A stretch of DNA of 64,000 nt. Origin: Alphaproteobacteria bacterium. GTDB lineage: Bacteria > Pseudomonadota > Alphaproteobacteria > UBA828. The notes under the pieces were generated by a model. The model saw only the letters and a program-made list of their open reading frames with translations. It ran no database searches and was not told the DNA's origin. A program made the translations under genes and the position numbers. Below are positions 1-10,006 of this stretch, in pieces (position 1 is the stretch's first letter; every line of letters starts with the position of its first letter). Where the stretch lies: positions 64,001 through 128,000 of the forward strand of contig CAXXVO010000007.1 in NCBI GenBank assembly GCA_963422645.2. The letters are read 5' to 3'.

Positions 1-1
1 G

Positions 2-523
2 GTGATCGAGAAGGCCAAGAGGCTGGTGGAGCACAAACGCGACGTGGTGATTCTGCTGGATTCCATCACCCGCCTTGCCCGCGCCTACAACACCGTTGTG
101 CCCTCCTCAGGCAAGGTGCTGACTGGTGGGGTGGACGCCAACGCGCTGCAGCGGCCCAAGCGCTTCTTCGGCGCCGCCCGCAACATCGAGCACGGCGGCT
201 CGCTCACGATAATCGCGACCGCGCTTATCGATACCGGCTCGCGCATGGACGAGGTGATCTTCGAGGAGTTCAAGGGCACCGGAAACTCCGAGATCATTTT
301 GGACCGCAAGCTTGCCGACAAGCGCACCTGGCCCAGCATGGACATCGCCCGCTCCGGCACCCGCAAGGAGGAACTGCTGGTCGACCGCGCAACGCTCGGC
401 AAGATGTGGGTGCTGCGGCGGATCCTCTCGCCCATGGGCACGGTAGATGCCATGGAGTTCCTGGTCGACAAGCTCAAGACGACCAAGACCAACGACGAAT
501 TCTACGCCTCGATGAACACGTAA
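2..523 (+). CDS. rho: Transcription termination factor Rho, C-terminal part (5' end outside the window)
   Basis: [29 protein letters not shown] and [10 protein letters not shown] are conserved Rho ATPase-domain motifs. Confidence 0.98.
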   Translation: MIEKAKRLVEHKRDVVILLDSITRLARAYNTVVPSSGKVLTGGVDANALQRPKRFFGAARNIEHGGSLTIIATALIDTGSRMDEVIFEEFKGTGNSEIILDRKLADKRTWPSMDIARSGTRKEELLVDRATLGKMWVLRRILSPMGTVDAMEFLVDKLKTTKTNDEFYASMNT

Positions 524-630
524 TCGCGCACGCCTGCAGGGTCGTGGGCGCGGAGTAGAGTCGCGCACGCCCGAAACTTCAGGGATTGACTCGTTCGGAC
601 CTTCCTACGGGCTCACGCCCTTCCCTTTAG

Positions 631-727
631 CGTCATGGCCGGAGTTGCTCCGACCATCCACGGCCGCCGCCCCACTCGTGTACGGACCGCCCTGAGAGAG
701 TTGCCCGGATCGAGTGCGGTCATGACG
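631..727. repeat. REP/RIME-like palindromic element downstream of rho
   Basis: CGTCATGGCCGG...CCATCCACG...GGTCATGACG with terminal inverted arms; resembles common alphaproteobacterial intergenic palindromes. Confidence 0.55.
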
Positions 728-780
728 GCGTGCGGGAGCAGGCATCGCGTAATACCGAATAAGCCTTTTGTAGAAATTCT

Positions 781-840
781 GCGGCTCAAAGCGGCCTATT
801 CCGGCTCAAGGCGGTCCAAAGTGGCTCAAGGTGGCTCATT
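781..840 (+). repeat. Degenerate 10-bp tandem repeat (6 units, roughly GYGGCTCAAR)
   Basis: Units: gcggctcaaa gcggcctatt ccggctcaag gcggtccaaa gtggctcaag gtggctcatt. Confidence 0.6.
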
Positions 841-912
841 ATTCCGGCGCATTCCGGCCCCTTGATGCGACGCGGAACGAGGCGGACGACACGACCTTGG
901 GGAGCTACCTGC

Positions 913-1908
913 ATGAAGACACTTGATCGAAAGCTCGGCGCGCTCCTGCGGGGAAGCGGCGCGAGGACGGACTTTATTATCGCAGACGCCAAGGATGCCG
1001 ACATGGGTGGCGGGCGGCTCGCCCCTGGTCCGGCGCGCGGCGCGGACGGCCGGCCGCTCGAAGCAGTCCGGTCGCTCGCCGGGTACCTCGACGAAATCCG
1101 GGCGATCACCCGTCAGGGAATCGTCGACGTGATGCTCGTCTCGTCTTCGACTCTGGAGCGGCTCGGGAAGGAAATTTTCGAAAGCTCACAGGTCACCCCC
1201 GCCATTCGCGCCAACGACACGACGGACATCTGGAGAATACGGGGAGGCGCCTACCCGGTCGAGCCGTCCCGGCCCTTCCGCACCGCTTCGCTCTCACGGG
1301 CGCGCGACCTGGGGTGCGACCTCTGTCTCTACTCGATCACCTTCAACAACCGCGTGGACGACGATCTGCGCAGCCTCGATGCGTTCGCGGACTTCCGCGA
1401 GGACGCGGGGCGCTGCGGCATGCGCTACTTCCTGGAGGTGTTCAACCCCAACGTCGACTCAGGCCTCGCCTCGCTCGAGGAGAACGGTGCCTACGTCGGC
1501 GACTGCATCATCCGCTGCCTCGCGGGGCTGACGCGAGCGGAGAGGCCCTGTTTCCTCAAGATCGCCTACAACGGCCCGCGCGCAATGACCGAGCTCTGCT
1601 CTTACGACCCCGAGCTCGTGGTCGGAATCCTCGGCGGGTCGGCGGGGACCAACCGCGACACCTTCCAGCTTCTCGCGGACGCCCAGCGGGACGGCGCCCG
1701 GGTGGCCCTCTTCGGCCGCAAGATCAAGCTCGCGGAGTCTCCCCTTGAGATGGTCCGCCACATGCGACGCGTGGTCGACGGAGAGCTCACGCCGGAGGAG
1801 GCCGTCCAGGAGTACCACGCCGCGATCCGGGCGGACGGCCTCGTGCCGGCCCGCTCCCTCGACGAGGACCTCCGGATCACCGAGCCGGCTCTCCTGCCCG
1901 GGGCGTGA
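913..1908 (+). CDS. Uncharacterised TIM-barrel protein, class I aldolase-like
   Basis: ATG at 913 after GGAG; FLEVFNPN, FLKIAY (candidate Schiff-base Lys), ILGGSAG and ALFGRKI are aldolase-like; next to a sugar kinase. Confidence 0.65.
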   Translation: MKTLDRKLGALLRGSGARTDFIIADAKDADMGGGRLAPGPARGADGRPLEAVRSLAGYLDEIRAITRQGIVDVMLVSSSTLERLGKEIFESSQVTPAIRANDTTDIWRIRGGAYPVEPSRPFRTASLSRARDLGCDLCLYSITFNNRVDDDLRSLDAFADFREDAGRCGMRYFLEVFNPNVDSGLASLEENGAYVGDCIIRCLAGLTRAERPCFLKIAYNGPRAMTELCSYDPELVVGILGGSAGTNRDTFQLLADAQRDGARVALFGRKIKLAESPLEMVRHMRRVVDGELTPEEAVQEYHAAIRADGLVPARSLDEDLRITEPALLPGA

Positions 1909-1959
1909 GCGACACGAGACGACCGGAAGGGGTCGAGAGCAGGGCGGAGACACGGACAG

Positions 1960-2985
1960 ATGGCGGAGCGAAAAAGCGGCGTCCTGACCTTCGGGTCGTT
2001 CATCACTGACCACAATCTCGCCATCGAGTCCTATCCGGCTGAGGACCGGACGACCTTCATCACCAGCCGCCGGCTCGCGGCCGGCGGGCCGGGCTACAAC
2101 ATCGCGGCGAACCTGCGCCGGCTCGATCCGGACATGCGGGTCGAGTGCCACGGCCTCCTCGGCGACGACGAGAACGGCCAAGTGGTCCTCGACGCGCTCG
2201 CCCGACACGGCATCTCGCCGGACGGGATGACCCTCACCCGCGAGGCGCCGCAGGTCTACGTCGAGGTCTTGGCGTCGCAGACGACCGGGCGTCGGACCTT
2301 CTTCTTCTTCCGGGGGTGCGCCGACCTGCTGGACGAAAACCACGTTGATCCCGGCGCTTCGCGCGGCCGCATCTTCCACGTGGGCGCCCCCGGGCTTCAC
2401 CCTCGCCTGGACCGGCCGCATCCCGACGGCGGGAACGGCTGGACGCGGGTCCTTGCGCGCGCCCGCGAGCTTGGCTTCCGCACGAACATGGAGATGGCGA
2501 GCCTGGAGGGCGAGATCCTGCGCCCCATCGTGCGGCCGTGCCTTCCCCTCCTCGACAGCATCGTGATCAACGACCTTGAGGGCGAGGCGGTGACGGAGAT
2601 CGAGATCCGTCCCGAGGGGGTACTCGACTGGGAGGCGGCGGGACGGGCATGCCGGCGGCTCCGCGAGATGGGGGTCCGGCAGGTGGCAGCCATCCACTTC
2701 CCCGAGGGCGCGGTCGCGGTCGATGCGGAGGGCGCCCTGCACGCGCAGGCGTGCGTAGGGTGGCCCGATTCGCGCATCGTGAGCGCGGTAGGCGCAGGGG
2801 ACGCCTTCGCGGCCGGGCTCGTCTACGGCCTGCACGAAGGGTGGCCGGTGCCGCGCGGCCTCGAGCTCGCGGTCTCTGTGGCGGCGGTGTGCCTGGAAAG
2901 CCTCGACACCAACGAAACCATCGGCACCTGGCAGGAGTGCGAGGCGGAGACCGCCCCCTACGGCTACCGCGACGGCCCTCCCTGA
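1960..2985 (+). CDS. PfkB-family carbohydrate kinase
   Basis: AGGPGYNIA near the N-terminus and the anion-hole motif SAVGAGDAFAAG. Confidence 0.92.
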   Translation: MAERKSGVLTFGSFITDHNLAIESYPAEDRTTFITSRRLAAGGPGYNIAANLRRLDPDMRVECHGLLGDDENGQVVLDALARHGISPDGMTLTREAPQVYVEVLASQTTGRRTFFFFRGCADLLDENHVDPGASRGRIFHVGAPGLHPRLDRPHPDGGNGWTRVLARARELGFRTNMEMASLEGEILRPIVRPCLPLLDSIVINDLEGEAVTEIEIRPEGVLDWEAAGRACRRLREMGVRQVAAIHFPEGAVAVDAEGALHAQACVGWPDSRIVSAVGAGDAFAAGLVYGLHEGWPVPRGLELAVSVAAVCLESLDTNETIGTWQECEAETAPYGYRDGPP

Positions 2986-3347
2986 ACGCCTCCGCCGGCG
3001 GGCGTTTTCGACAAGGGTGTCACGCGCCTGCCCGACGACGTCGCTGGGGCATGAGGGCGCCGCCCGCGCTGTAGGTTGGCCCACGGCCTCTTCGCAGGTG
3101 GGCAGCATGGCGCGAGACTGGCGCGCAGCGGGTGCCGTGCACCGCACCATGTTCCAGGGTGCTTGCCGAAGCACCGTCGCTTCGCGGGGAGAGCGCCAGA
3201 AGCCGACAGCAACATGGCATGCCAATGAATATAGAGGCGCACAAAGCGCAAGCTCGACTGACTGAGCGCCAGATAATTAGCTAGACAATCACATTCCAGT
3301 TACAACCACTAACCGCTTGATTCAAATACAATATATGCAAGAGGTCC

Positions 3348-4271
3348 CTAGACAACCTTGAGGGGCGGGCGGGGCGCTGGGGCCGCGCGCAGGCGGCCGA
3401 TGATCGCGTCGAGCTGCTCGGGCTCCTTGTAGGCGATGGTGAGCCGACCGCCGGCGCCGCGCTTGGCGGTGTCGATGGTGACCTTGAGTCCGAGCGCGCG
3501 GCTTAGGTCCGTCTGCAGCGCCTTGAGGTTGGGGTCGTCCCTGCGGCGTTTCGGCGGGCGGGTGCGCTCCTCTGCTGCACGGCGCACCAGGGCCTCGGTT
3601 TGGCGCACGGTAAGCCCCAGTCGCACCACCGTGTCCGAAAGCGCTGCCGGGTCCGCGGCCGCCATCAGCGCCCGCCCGTGGCCTGCGCTCAGGATGCCGT
3701 CGCCGACCAGTGCCTTCACCTTCTCGGGCAGATCGAGCAGGCGCACCGTGTTGGCCACATGGCTGCGGGACTTGCCGAGCGCTGTCGCGACATCCTCCTG
3801 GCGGTGGTCGAACTCGCGGATCAGGCGGCGGTAGGCAGCGGCCTCCTCCAGCGGGTTCAGGTCGCGGCGTTGCAGGTTTTCGACCAGTGCGATCTCGATG
3901 CTCTCGGAATCGTCCAAGTGACGGACCACCGCCGGCAGTTCGTGCAGCCCCGCCCGCTGCGCCGCGCGCCAGCGCCTCTCGCCGGCGACGATCTGGTAGC
4001 GCGCGCCCTCCTCGCCGCCGTCGCCGGGCCGCACCACGAGGGGCTGGACGATCCCCTTCTCGCGGATCGAGGCGGCCAGGCTCTCGATCTCGGCCTCGTC
4101 GAAGTGCTGGCGCGGCTGGTTGGGGTGGGGTGCCAGGTGCTCGATGGGGATGGAGAGCAGCGCGCCCGCGCGTGCGCCAACCGCCCCTTCTTCCATGGTT
4201 TCGCCGAGGAGGGCGGCGAGCCCCTTGCCGAGGCCACGCTGGCGCGGTGGGCTGCCCGCATCGGCTGTCAT
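3348..4271 (-). CDS. parB: Chromosome partitioning protein ParB
   Basis: [42 protein letters not shown] and a helix-turn-helix. Confidence 0.97.
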   Translation of the reverse strand: MTADAGSPPRQRGLGKGLAALLGETMEEGAVGARAGALLSIPIEHLAPHPNQPRQHFDEAEIESLAASIREKGIVQPLVVRPGDGGEEGARYQIVAGERRWRAAQRAGLHELPAVVRHLDDSESIEIALVENLQRRDLNPLEEAAAYRRLIREFDHRQEDVATALGKSRSHVANTVRLLDLPEKVKALVGDGILSAGHGRALMAAADPAALSDTVVRLGLTVRQTEALVRRAAEERTRPPKRRRDDPNLKALQTDLSRALGLKVTIDTAKRGAGGRLTIAYKEPEQLDAIIGRLRAAPAPRPPLKVV

Positions 4272-5119
4272 GCTGCGCTCTCCTTCTGGGTTCGCTCGCG
4301 CCGGAGCAATTCGCCCGCCAGGTGAGCATAGGCCTGGGCGCCGGGGCAGCGGAAATCATGGAGCAAAACGGGAACGCCGTAGGAGGGCGCCTCGGAAACC
4401 CGCACGTTGCGCGGGATGATGGTCTCGTACACCGCATCGCCCAGATGGGTGCGCACGTCGTCGCGCACCTGGGCGGAGAGGTTGTTCCGCTTGTCGTACA
4501 TGGTGAGCACGATGCCCTGCACGCGGAGCGCCGGGTTGAAGGCGGTGCGCACGCGTTCCACGATGCTGAGCACTTGGCTAAGTCCTTCTAACGCCAGGAA
4601 CTCGCACTGCAGTGGCACCAGCACAGCATCCGCCGCCACCAGGGCATTGACCGTCAGCATGCCGAGGGAAGGCGGGCAGTCGATCAGCACGTGCGACAGC
4701 CCGCTCTCGCGGGCAAGCGCCGGCTCAAGCGCCTCCCTCAGCCAGTGCTGCGGGCGGGGGCTCTGGGAGAGTTCGATCTCGGCGCCGGCGAGGTCGCGGG
4801 TCGCCGGCACGATGCTGAGCCCCGGCACCGTGGTCTGCCGCCGGGCTGCGGCGAGCGGCGTGCCCTGGAGCAGTCCGTAGGAGCCGGGCGCGCGTTCTGC
4901 CGGCGGAATGCCGAGGCCGGTGCTGGCGTTCCCCTGCGGGTCCAGGTCGAGCAGAAGCACCGGGCGGCCTGCCGCCGCAAGTGCGGTGCCCAGATTGATG
5001 GCGGTGGTGGTCTTGCCGACGCCGCCCTTCTGGTTCGCGACCGCGATGATCCGGGGGCGCTCCGCCGGGGCCGGCGTGGGCGAGGCGCCGGTTTCAAGAG
5101 CGGCGCCGCCGTTCGACAT
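4268..5119 (-). CDS. parA: Chromosome partitioning ATPase ParA/Soj
   Basis: [11 protein letters not shown] deviant Walker [23 protein letters not shown]. Confidence 0.97.
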   Translation of the reverse strand: MSNGGAALETGASPTPAPAERPRIIAVANQKGGVGKTTTAINLGTALAAAGRPVLLLDLDPQGNASTGLGIPPAERAPGSYGLLQGTPLAAARRQTTVPGLSIVPATRDLAGAEIELSQSPRPQHWLREALEPALARESGLSHVLIDCPPSLGMLTVNALVAADAVLVPLQCEFLALEGLSQVLSIVERVRTAFNPALRVQGIVLTMYDKRNNLSAQVRDDVRTHLGDAVYETIIPRNVRVSEAPSYGVPVLLHDFRCPGAQAYAHLAGELLRRERTQKESAA

Positions 5120-5723
5120 CGCTGATCCTCAGTATCCGCGCCTCGGCCGCCGTCTGGCTGGGGACGATGTCTGCCCCGAAATCCCACCGGCGGCGGGCCT
5201 CCTCCAGCTCGCTCCGGTAACGGCGTCCTTTTGGGAATATACAATATGTATGGGAGTCCAGCACGGGGAAAACTAGACCTAGCAGATCGACCAGCGGCGC
5301 GCAGGCGCGGGCGACGATCGTGCCGGCCGGCGGAAGGGCGGCCTGTACGTCCGGCGCCTCGAGGCGGCCTTCGATCACGGAGACTTGGGTGCCGGTAGCC
5401 TCCGCCACCTCGCGCAGGAAGGCACAGCGCTTGCCATTGGCCTCGACCAGGGAGACCCGGCGGCTGCCGTCGAGGATCGCGAGCACCATGCCGGGAAAGC
5501 CGGCGCCGCTGCCGACGTCCACCGTGTGGCCCATGGGATCGTCGGCGAGCAGGGGCGCGAGCTGCGCCGAATCGAGGAAGTGGCGGGTCCAGAGCGCGGG
5601 GAGCGATGCCGCCGAGACCAGGTTGGTGTGCCGCTGCCGTTGCCGGAGGAGGGATTCGTAGATCTCGAGCCGCTCGCGTGTTTCACGTGAAACATCGCGC
5701 CGGAAGGCCTCGCCCGGCTCCAT
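5094..5723 (-). CDS. rsmG: 16S rRNA m7G527 methyltransferase RsmG (GidB)
   Basis: RHFLDSAQL and [10 protein letters not shown]; located between mnmG and parA. Confidence 0.95.
   Translation of the reverse strand: MEPGEAFRRDVSRETRERLEIYESLLRQRQRHTNLVSAASLPALWTRHFLDSAQLAPLLADDPMGHTVDVGSGAGFPGMVLAILDGSRRVSLVEANGKRCAFLREVAEATGTQVSVIEGRLEAPDVQAALPPAGTIVARACAPLVDLLGLVFPVLDSHTYCIFPKGRRYRSELEEARRRWDFGADIVPSQTAAEARILRISDVERRRRS
5679..5694. promoter_or_regulatory. parS centromere-like site (perfect palindrome)
   Basis: TGTTTCACGTGAAACA matches the universal parS consensus; lies inside the 5' end of rsmG. Confidence 0.93.
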
Positions 5724-5729
5724 CCGGCT

Positions 5730-7631
5730 CTACCCCCGCCCGGCCTCCGCCGCGCTCTTGCGGTGGACCCTCTTGCGCACATGTGCGAGCAGCGCCGTCA
5801 GCGCCGCCGGCGTCACTCCCGGCACTCGCCCCGCCGCGCCGAGTGTGGCAGGCCGCGCGGCGGCAAGGCGTTGGCGCATCTCGTGGGAGAGGCCGCCGAC
5901 CAGATCGAAACGGAGGTCGCCCGGCAGCCTGAGCGCCTCGTCCCGGCGGAAGGCTGCGATATCCGCCTCCTGCCGCTCCACATAGCCCCGGTAGTGCGCG
6001 TCGTTCTCCAGGGCCTGGACGATCTCGGGCTCCAACGCAGCCAGCGCGGGCCAGAGTGCCGCGAGCTCTTCCAGGCTCACGTCGGGATAGCCGATCAGCT
6101 CGCGCGCGCTGCGCCTGCGCCCGTCCCGGTTCGCCGCAATCCCGTGGCGGCGCAGTGCATCGGGCGTCACGTCGAGCGAGCCCAGCAGGTCCTCAGCCCG
6201 CAACAGCGCCGCGCTCTTGGCGGCGAAGCGCTGCGCCCGCTCTCCGCCCACGCAACCGGCTTCGATGCCTCGCGCCGTGAGGCGTCGGTCCGCATTGTCC
6301 GGCCGGAGCCGGAGCCGATACTCGGCGCGAGACGAGAACATGCGGTAGGGCTCGCTCACCCCCTGCGTCACCAGGTCGTCGATCAGCACGCCGATGTAGC
6401 CCTCGGCCCGGTCGAATGTGAAGGGCCCACCACCGGCGGCCGCCCGCGCGGCGTTGATGCCGGCGACGACGCCCTGGGCAGCGGCTTCCTCGTAGCCTGT
6501 GGTGCCGTTGATCTGGCCGGCGAGGAAGAGGCCGCCGACGCGCGCGCTCTCCAGCGCCGGGCTCAGCTCGCGTGGGTCCACATGGTCGTACTCGATGGCG
6601 TAGCCCGGCCTGAGCACGTCCGCCCGCTCCAGCCCCGGGATCGTCGCCACCAACGCCCGCTGCACGTCCTCGGGCAGCGCGGTCGAGATTCCGTTGGGAT
6701 AGACTGTGTGGTCGTCAAGCCCCTCAGGCTCAAGGAAAATCTGGTGGGAGGCGCGGTCTGCGAAGCGCACCACCTTGTCCTCGATGGAGGGGCAGTAGCG
6801 CGGCCCGCGGCTCTCGATCGCGCCCGAGTACATGGGCGAGCGCGCGAGGTTGCGCCGGATGAGGTCGTGGCCCTCTGGCCCGGTGGCGGTGATGTGGCAG
6901 CGCACCTGCGCCCGCATGATCGCGTCCGTCAGGAAGGAGAAGGGCTCGGGCGGCTTGTCGCCCTCCTGCGCTTTCAGGGCGCCCCAGTCGATGGTCCGCC
7001 CATCGAGCCTGGGCGGCGTGCCGGTCTTCAGGCGGCCAAGGCGGAAGCCCAGGCGCTCCAGCGTGAGCGCGAGACCGGTCGCCGGCGCATCGCCCACGCG
7101 CCCCGCCGGGATCTGCCGCTCCCCGATATGGATAAGCCCGCGCAAAAAGGTGCCGGTCGTGAGCACCACTTGCGGCGCCGGGATGAGCGCGCCGTCCCCC
7201 AGCACCACGCCGCGCACGGGGGGGGGCGCCGGCGCGGTCGCATCCAGCGCCAGGTCCTCGACCGTGCCCTCGCGGATCGTGAGATTGGGCTGGGAGCCAA
7301 GCGCCGCCTGCATCGCCGCACGGTAGAGCGCGCGATCCTGCTGCGCCCGGGGCCCGCGCACCGCCGGCCCCTTGCTGCGGTTGAGCACGCGGAACTGGAT
7401 GCCCGCCTCGTCGGCGACGCGGCCCATGAGCCCGTCGAGCGCATCCACCTCGCGCACCAGGGTGCCCTTGGCGAGCCCCCCGATCGCCGGATTGCACGAC
7501 ATGGCGCCAATGGTTTCGCGCTTCTGGGTGATGAGGAGCGTCTCGGCGCCCACGCGCGCGGCCGCCGCCGCGGCCTCGCAGCCGGCGTGGCCGCCCCCGA
7601 TCACGATGACATCGAAGCGCTCGCGGCTCAT
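5730..7631 (-). CDS. mnmG: tRNA modification enzyme MnmG (GidA)
   Basis: [47 protein letters not shown]. Confidence 0.98.
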   Translation of the reverse strand: MSRERFDVIVIGGGHAGCEAAAAAARVGAETLLITQKRETIGAMSCNPAIGGLAKGTLVREVDALDGLMGRVADEAGIQFRVLNRSKGPAVRGPRAQQDRALYRAAMQAALGSQPNLTIREGTVEDLALDATAPAPPPVRGVVLGDGALIPAPQVVLTTGTFLRGLIHIGERQIPAGRVGDAPATGLALTLERLGFRLGRLKTGTPPRLDGRTIDWGALKAQEGDKPPEPFSFLTDAIMRAQVRCHITATGPEGHDLIRRNLARSPMYSGAIESRGPRYCPSIEDKVVRFADRASHQIFLEPEGLDDHTVYPNGISTALPEDVQRALVATIPGLERADVLRPGYAIEYDHVDPRELSPALESARVGGLFLAGQINGTTGYEEAAAQGVVAGINAARAAAGGGPFTFDRAEGYIGVLIDDLVTQGVSEPYRMFSSRAEYRLRLRPDNADRRLTARGIEAGCVGGERAQRFAAKSAALLRAEDLLGSLDVTPDALRRHGIAANRDGRRRSARELIGYPDVSLEELAALWPALAALEPEIVQALENDAHYRGYVERQEADIAAFRRDEALRLPGDLRFDLVGGLSHEMRQRLAAARPATLGAAGRVPGVTPAALTALLAHVRKRVHRKSAAEAGRG

Positions 7632-7735
7632 GGCCGCCCTCCCGGCAGCCCGCTCTGCGGCTCGGCTCGTTGAGACGGCGCACCCTATAGGGGAGTCGGC
7701 GCCACCCGTAAAGCACCGGGTATCGTGAGCCGCGC

Positions 7736-9070
7736 CTACTTGCCGATGCAAAAGTCGCGGAAGACGAGGTCGAGCACCGCCTCCACGTCGACCCGGCCGG
7801 TGATGCGGCCGAGCGCATGCGCCGCGAGTCTGAGTTCCTCCGCCAGCCGCTCGTCCGCCGGCCCAGCGATGGCGCGAGCCAGCGCGTCACGGCATTCGAC
7901 GACCGCCTGCCGGTGCCGGGCACGAGTGAGCGCAGGCGCGCCGCCCGTCGGGTAGCGTCGCGCAATCTCCTCGGCCAGCGTCTCTAGCAGCGCTTCGATG
8001 CCGGCACCGGTCAGGCACGAGACACCGAGCGCCGCGTGGCCTTCGATCGAACCAGGGCCGGGACCCGCGAGAAGGTCGCTCTTGTTCAGCACCGGAAGCG
8101 CGTCGTCCCCCAGCAGTGCGAGGCTCTGCGCATCCGTCACGGGCCAGAGCGCGCCGTCGAAGACCACCAGCGAGAGGTCGGCGCTCGCCGCGCGTGCCAA
8201 CGCCCTGCGCACGCCTTCGCTCTCGATTTCGTCCCGGCTCTCGCGCAGGCCCGCGGTATCGGCCAGGGTGAGCGGCCACCCTGCGAGGTCCATGCGGACC
8301 TCGACCACGTCGCGGGTGGTGCCCGCGCGGGTCGAGACGATGGCCGCATCCCGCCCGACTAAGCGATTGAGCAGGCTCGACTTTCCTGCATTCGGTGCAC
8401 CCACGATACCGACACAGAAACCTTCGCGCAGGCGCTCGCCCCGGCGGGCATCGTCGAGGTGGGCCGCGATCTCCGCCGCCAGCGCCGCAAGACCGGGAGC
8501 GGCGGCGGCCATCGGATCCTCGCCCAGTTCCTGGTCCGAAAAATCGATGGCGGCCTCGACGTTGGCCCGGAGCACCATGAGCCGCTCGCGCCAGCCGTCG
8601 TAGAGCCGATGCAGCCCGCCTTCCATCTGGGCGAGCGCCTGGCGGTGCTGGGCCTCGGTCTCGGCCGCGACCAGGTCGGCGATCCCCTCCGCTTCCGTGA
8701 GGTCGAGGCGCCCGGCCTCGAAGGCGCGGCGGGTGAACTGGCCGGGCTCCGCCGGGCGCAGGCCGGGGATCGCCGCGAGCGCATCGCACAGCGCGGCGAT
8801 GACGGCGGGTCCGCCATGCACGTGAAACTCCGCCATGTCCTCGCCAGTGGCGCTCGCGGGCGCGGGGAACCAGAGCGCCAGCCCCCGGTCGATCGCCGCG
8901 CCCGTCGCCGGCTCGTGGAATCGCCGGAGCACGGCCCGCCGGGCCTCCGGCAACGGCTTGCCGCCGATCCGTGTCAGCGCCGCTGCCGCAGCAGGGCCGG
9001 AAACCCGGATCACCGCGATGGCGGCGCGCCCGCCGCCGGAGGACAGCGCGAATATGGTGTCGCCGGTCAT
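7736..9070 (-). CDS. mnmE: tRNA modification GTPase MnmE (TrmE)
   Basis: [32 protein letters not shown] and C-terminal FCIGK. Confidence 0.98.
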   Translation of the reverse strand: MTGDTIFALSSGGGRAAIAVIRVSGPAAAAALTRIGGKPLPEARRAVLRRFHEPATGAAIDRGLALWFPAPASATGEDMAEFHVHGGPAVIAALCDALAAIPGLRPAEPGQFTRRAFEAGRLDLTEAEGIADLVAAETEAQHRQALAQMEGGLHRLYDGWRERLMVLRANVEAAIDFSDQELGEDPMAAAAPGLAALAAEIAAHLDDARRGERLREGFCVGIVGAPNAGKSSLLNRLVGRDAAIVSTRAGTTRDVVEVRMDLAGWPLTLADTAGLRESRDEIESEGVRRALARAASADLSLVVFDGALWPVTDAQSLALLGDDALPVLNKSDLLAGPGPGSIEGHAALGVSCLTGAGIEALLETLAEEIARRYPTGGAPALTRARHRQAVVECRDALARAIAGPADERLAEELRLAAHALGRITGRVDVEAVLDLVFRDFCIGK

Positions 9071-9120
9071 CGCCTACGGTGAAGTTGCCGCGCGGATGCC
9101 GGCGGCAGGCCCGTGCGGGG

Positions 9121-9519
9121 TCAGGAAGCGGCGGTCGCCGCCGCTTGGCTGAGGTCCGCGGCGCCGTCGACCTCGTCGGGGAAGGGCTGGTCCGGCATCA
9201 GCATCAGCCGCTCGACCCGGCCGTCGCCCACGAGATGGGTCTCGATGATCTCGTCCACGTCCGCCACGGTCTTGACCGCATACCAGACGCCTTCGGGATA
9301 GATCACCATGGTCGGCCCGAACTCGCAGCGATCCAGGCACTGGCTCGCGTTGATGCGCACGTCGGTGAGGCCGCGCTGTTTGGCTCTGGCTTTCATGTGG
9401 GCGCGGAGCTTGACCGAGTCCTTCGCGCTGCAGCAGCCGCGCGGATGGCCGGGCGCGCGGGTGTTGACGCAGCAGAAGACGTGGCGCCGGTAGTAGGGCG
9501 GCGGGTCCGGCAGGCTCAT
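9121..9519 (-). CDS. Thioredoxin-like [2Fe-2S] ferredoxin
   Basis: HVFCCVN...RGCC...QCLDRCEFGPTMVIYPEGVWY. Confidence 0.9.
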   Translation of the reverse strand: MSLPDPPPYYRRHVFCCVNTRAPGHPRGCCSAKDSVKLRAHMKARAKQRGLTDVRINASQCLDRCEFGPTMVIYPEGVWYAVKTVADVDEIIETHLVGDGRVERLMLMPDQPFPDEVDGAADLSQAAATAAS

Positions 9520-9785
9520 CCCGCGCCGCCTCCGCCGCCCTTGGGCGCGCCGCCGCCGGCTTGCCCGAACCCTTCCCAGAAGGCCTTCTGCATGGCCTCG
9601 AAGCCCTGGAGCCCGCCGGGGAGCCACGATTTCAAGAGCGCCTCGGGATCGATCTGGCCGATCGCCTCCGCCATCCGCGCCTCCAGGCCCTTGGCCATGG
9701 CCTCGTGGGCCGCCCTCAGGTCCGGCATCCCGCAGAAGGCCCGGGCCTCCTCAGGCGTGCAGTCGATCTCGATCTTGACCTTCAT
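9516..9785 (-). CDS. Small conserved alphaproteobacterial protein (DUF6489-like)
   Basis: N-terminus MKVKIEIDCTPEEARAF.G.PD. Confidence 0.8.
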   Translation of the reverse strand: MKVKIEIDCTPEEARAFCGMPDLRAAHEAMAKGLEARMAEAIGQIDPEALLKSWLPGGLQGFEAMQKAFWEGFGQAGGGAPKGGGGGAG

Positions 9786-10006
9786 GGCAACCTCGCTCGC
9801 GACACAATCCGCGCTCAGGCGACGGGCGCGACCATACCCCGCCGCCTGACCCCTGAACAGGGTACCGTCGCCCTGCCATTAGCGCTGACCGGTAAACCAA
9901 GGGTGTGCGGAAGAGGTGCGGCCCTCAAGAATCGTCGCGGTCGACTGCCGCTCTTGCAGTTTTCTTGCTATGATCAAGGAAACGAACCTGATAGCCTTGA
10001 GAATCT

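Noticed and set aside
1459-3225. Long antisense ORFs here and elsewhere (e.g. 5763-7673, 23062-25443, 26879-28942)
   Set aside because: Typical high-GC shadow frames opposite well-supported genes, with no recognisable motifs
3270-3345. AT-rich patch as oriC
   Set aside because: Short, with no recognisable DnaA boxes
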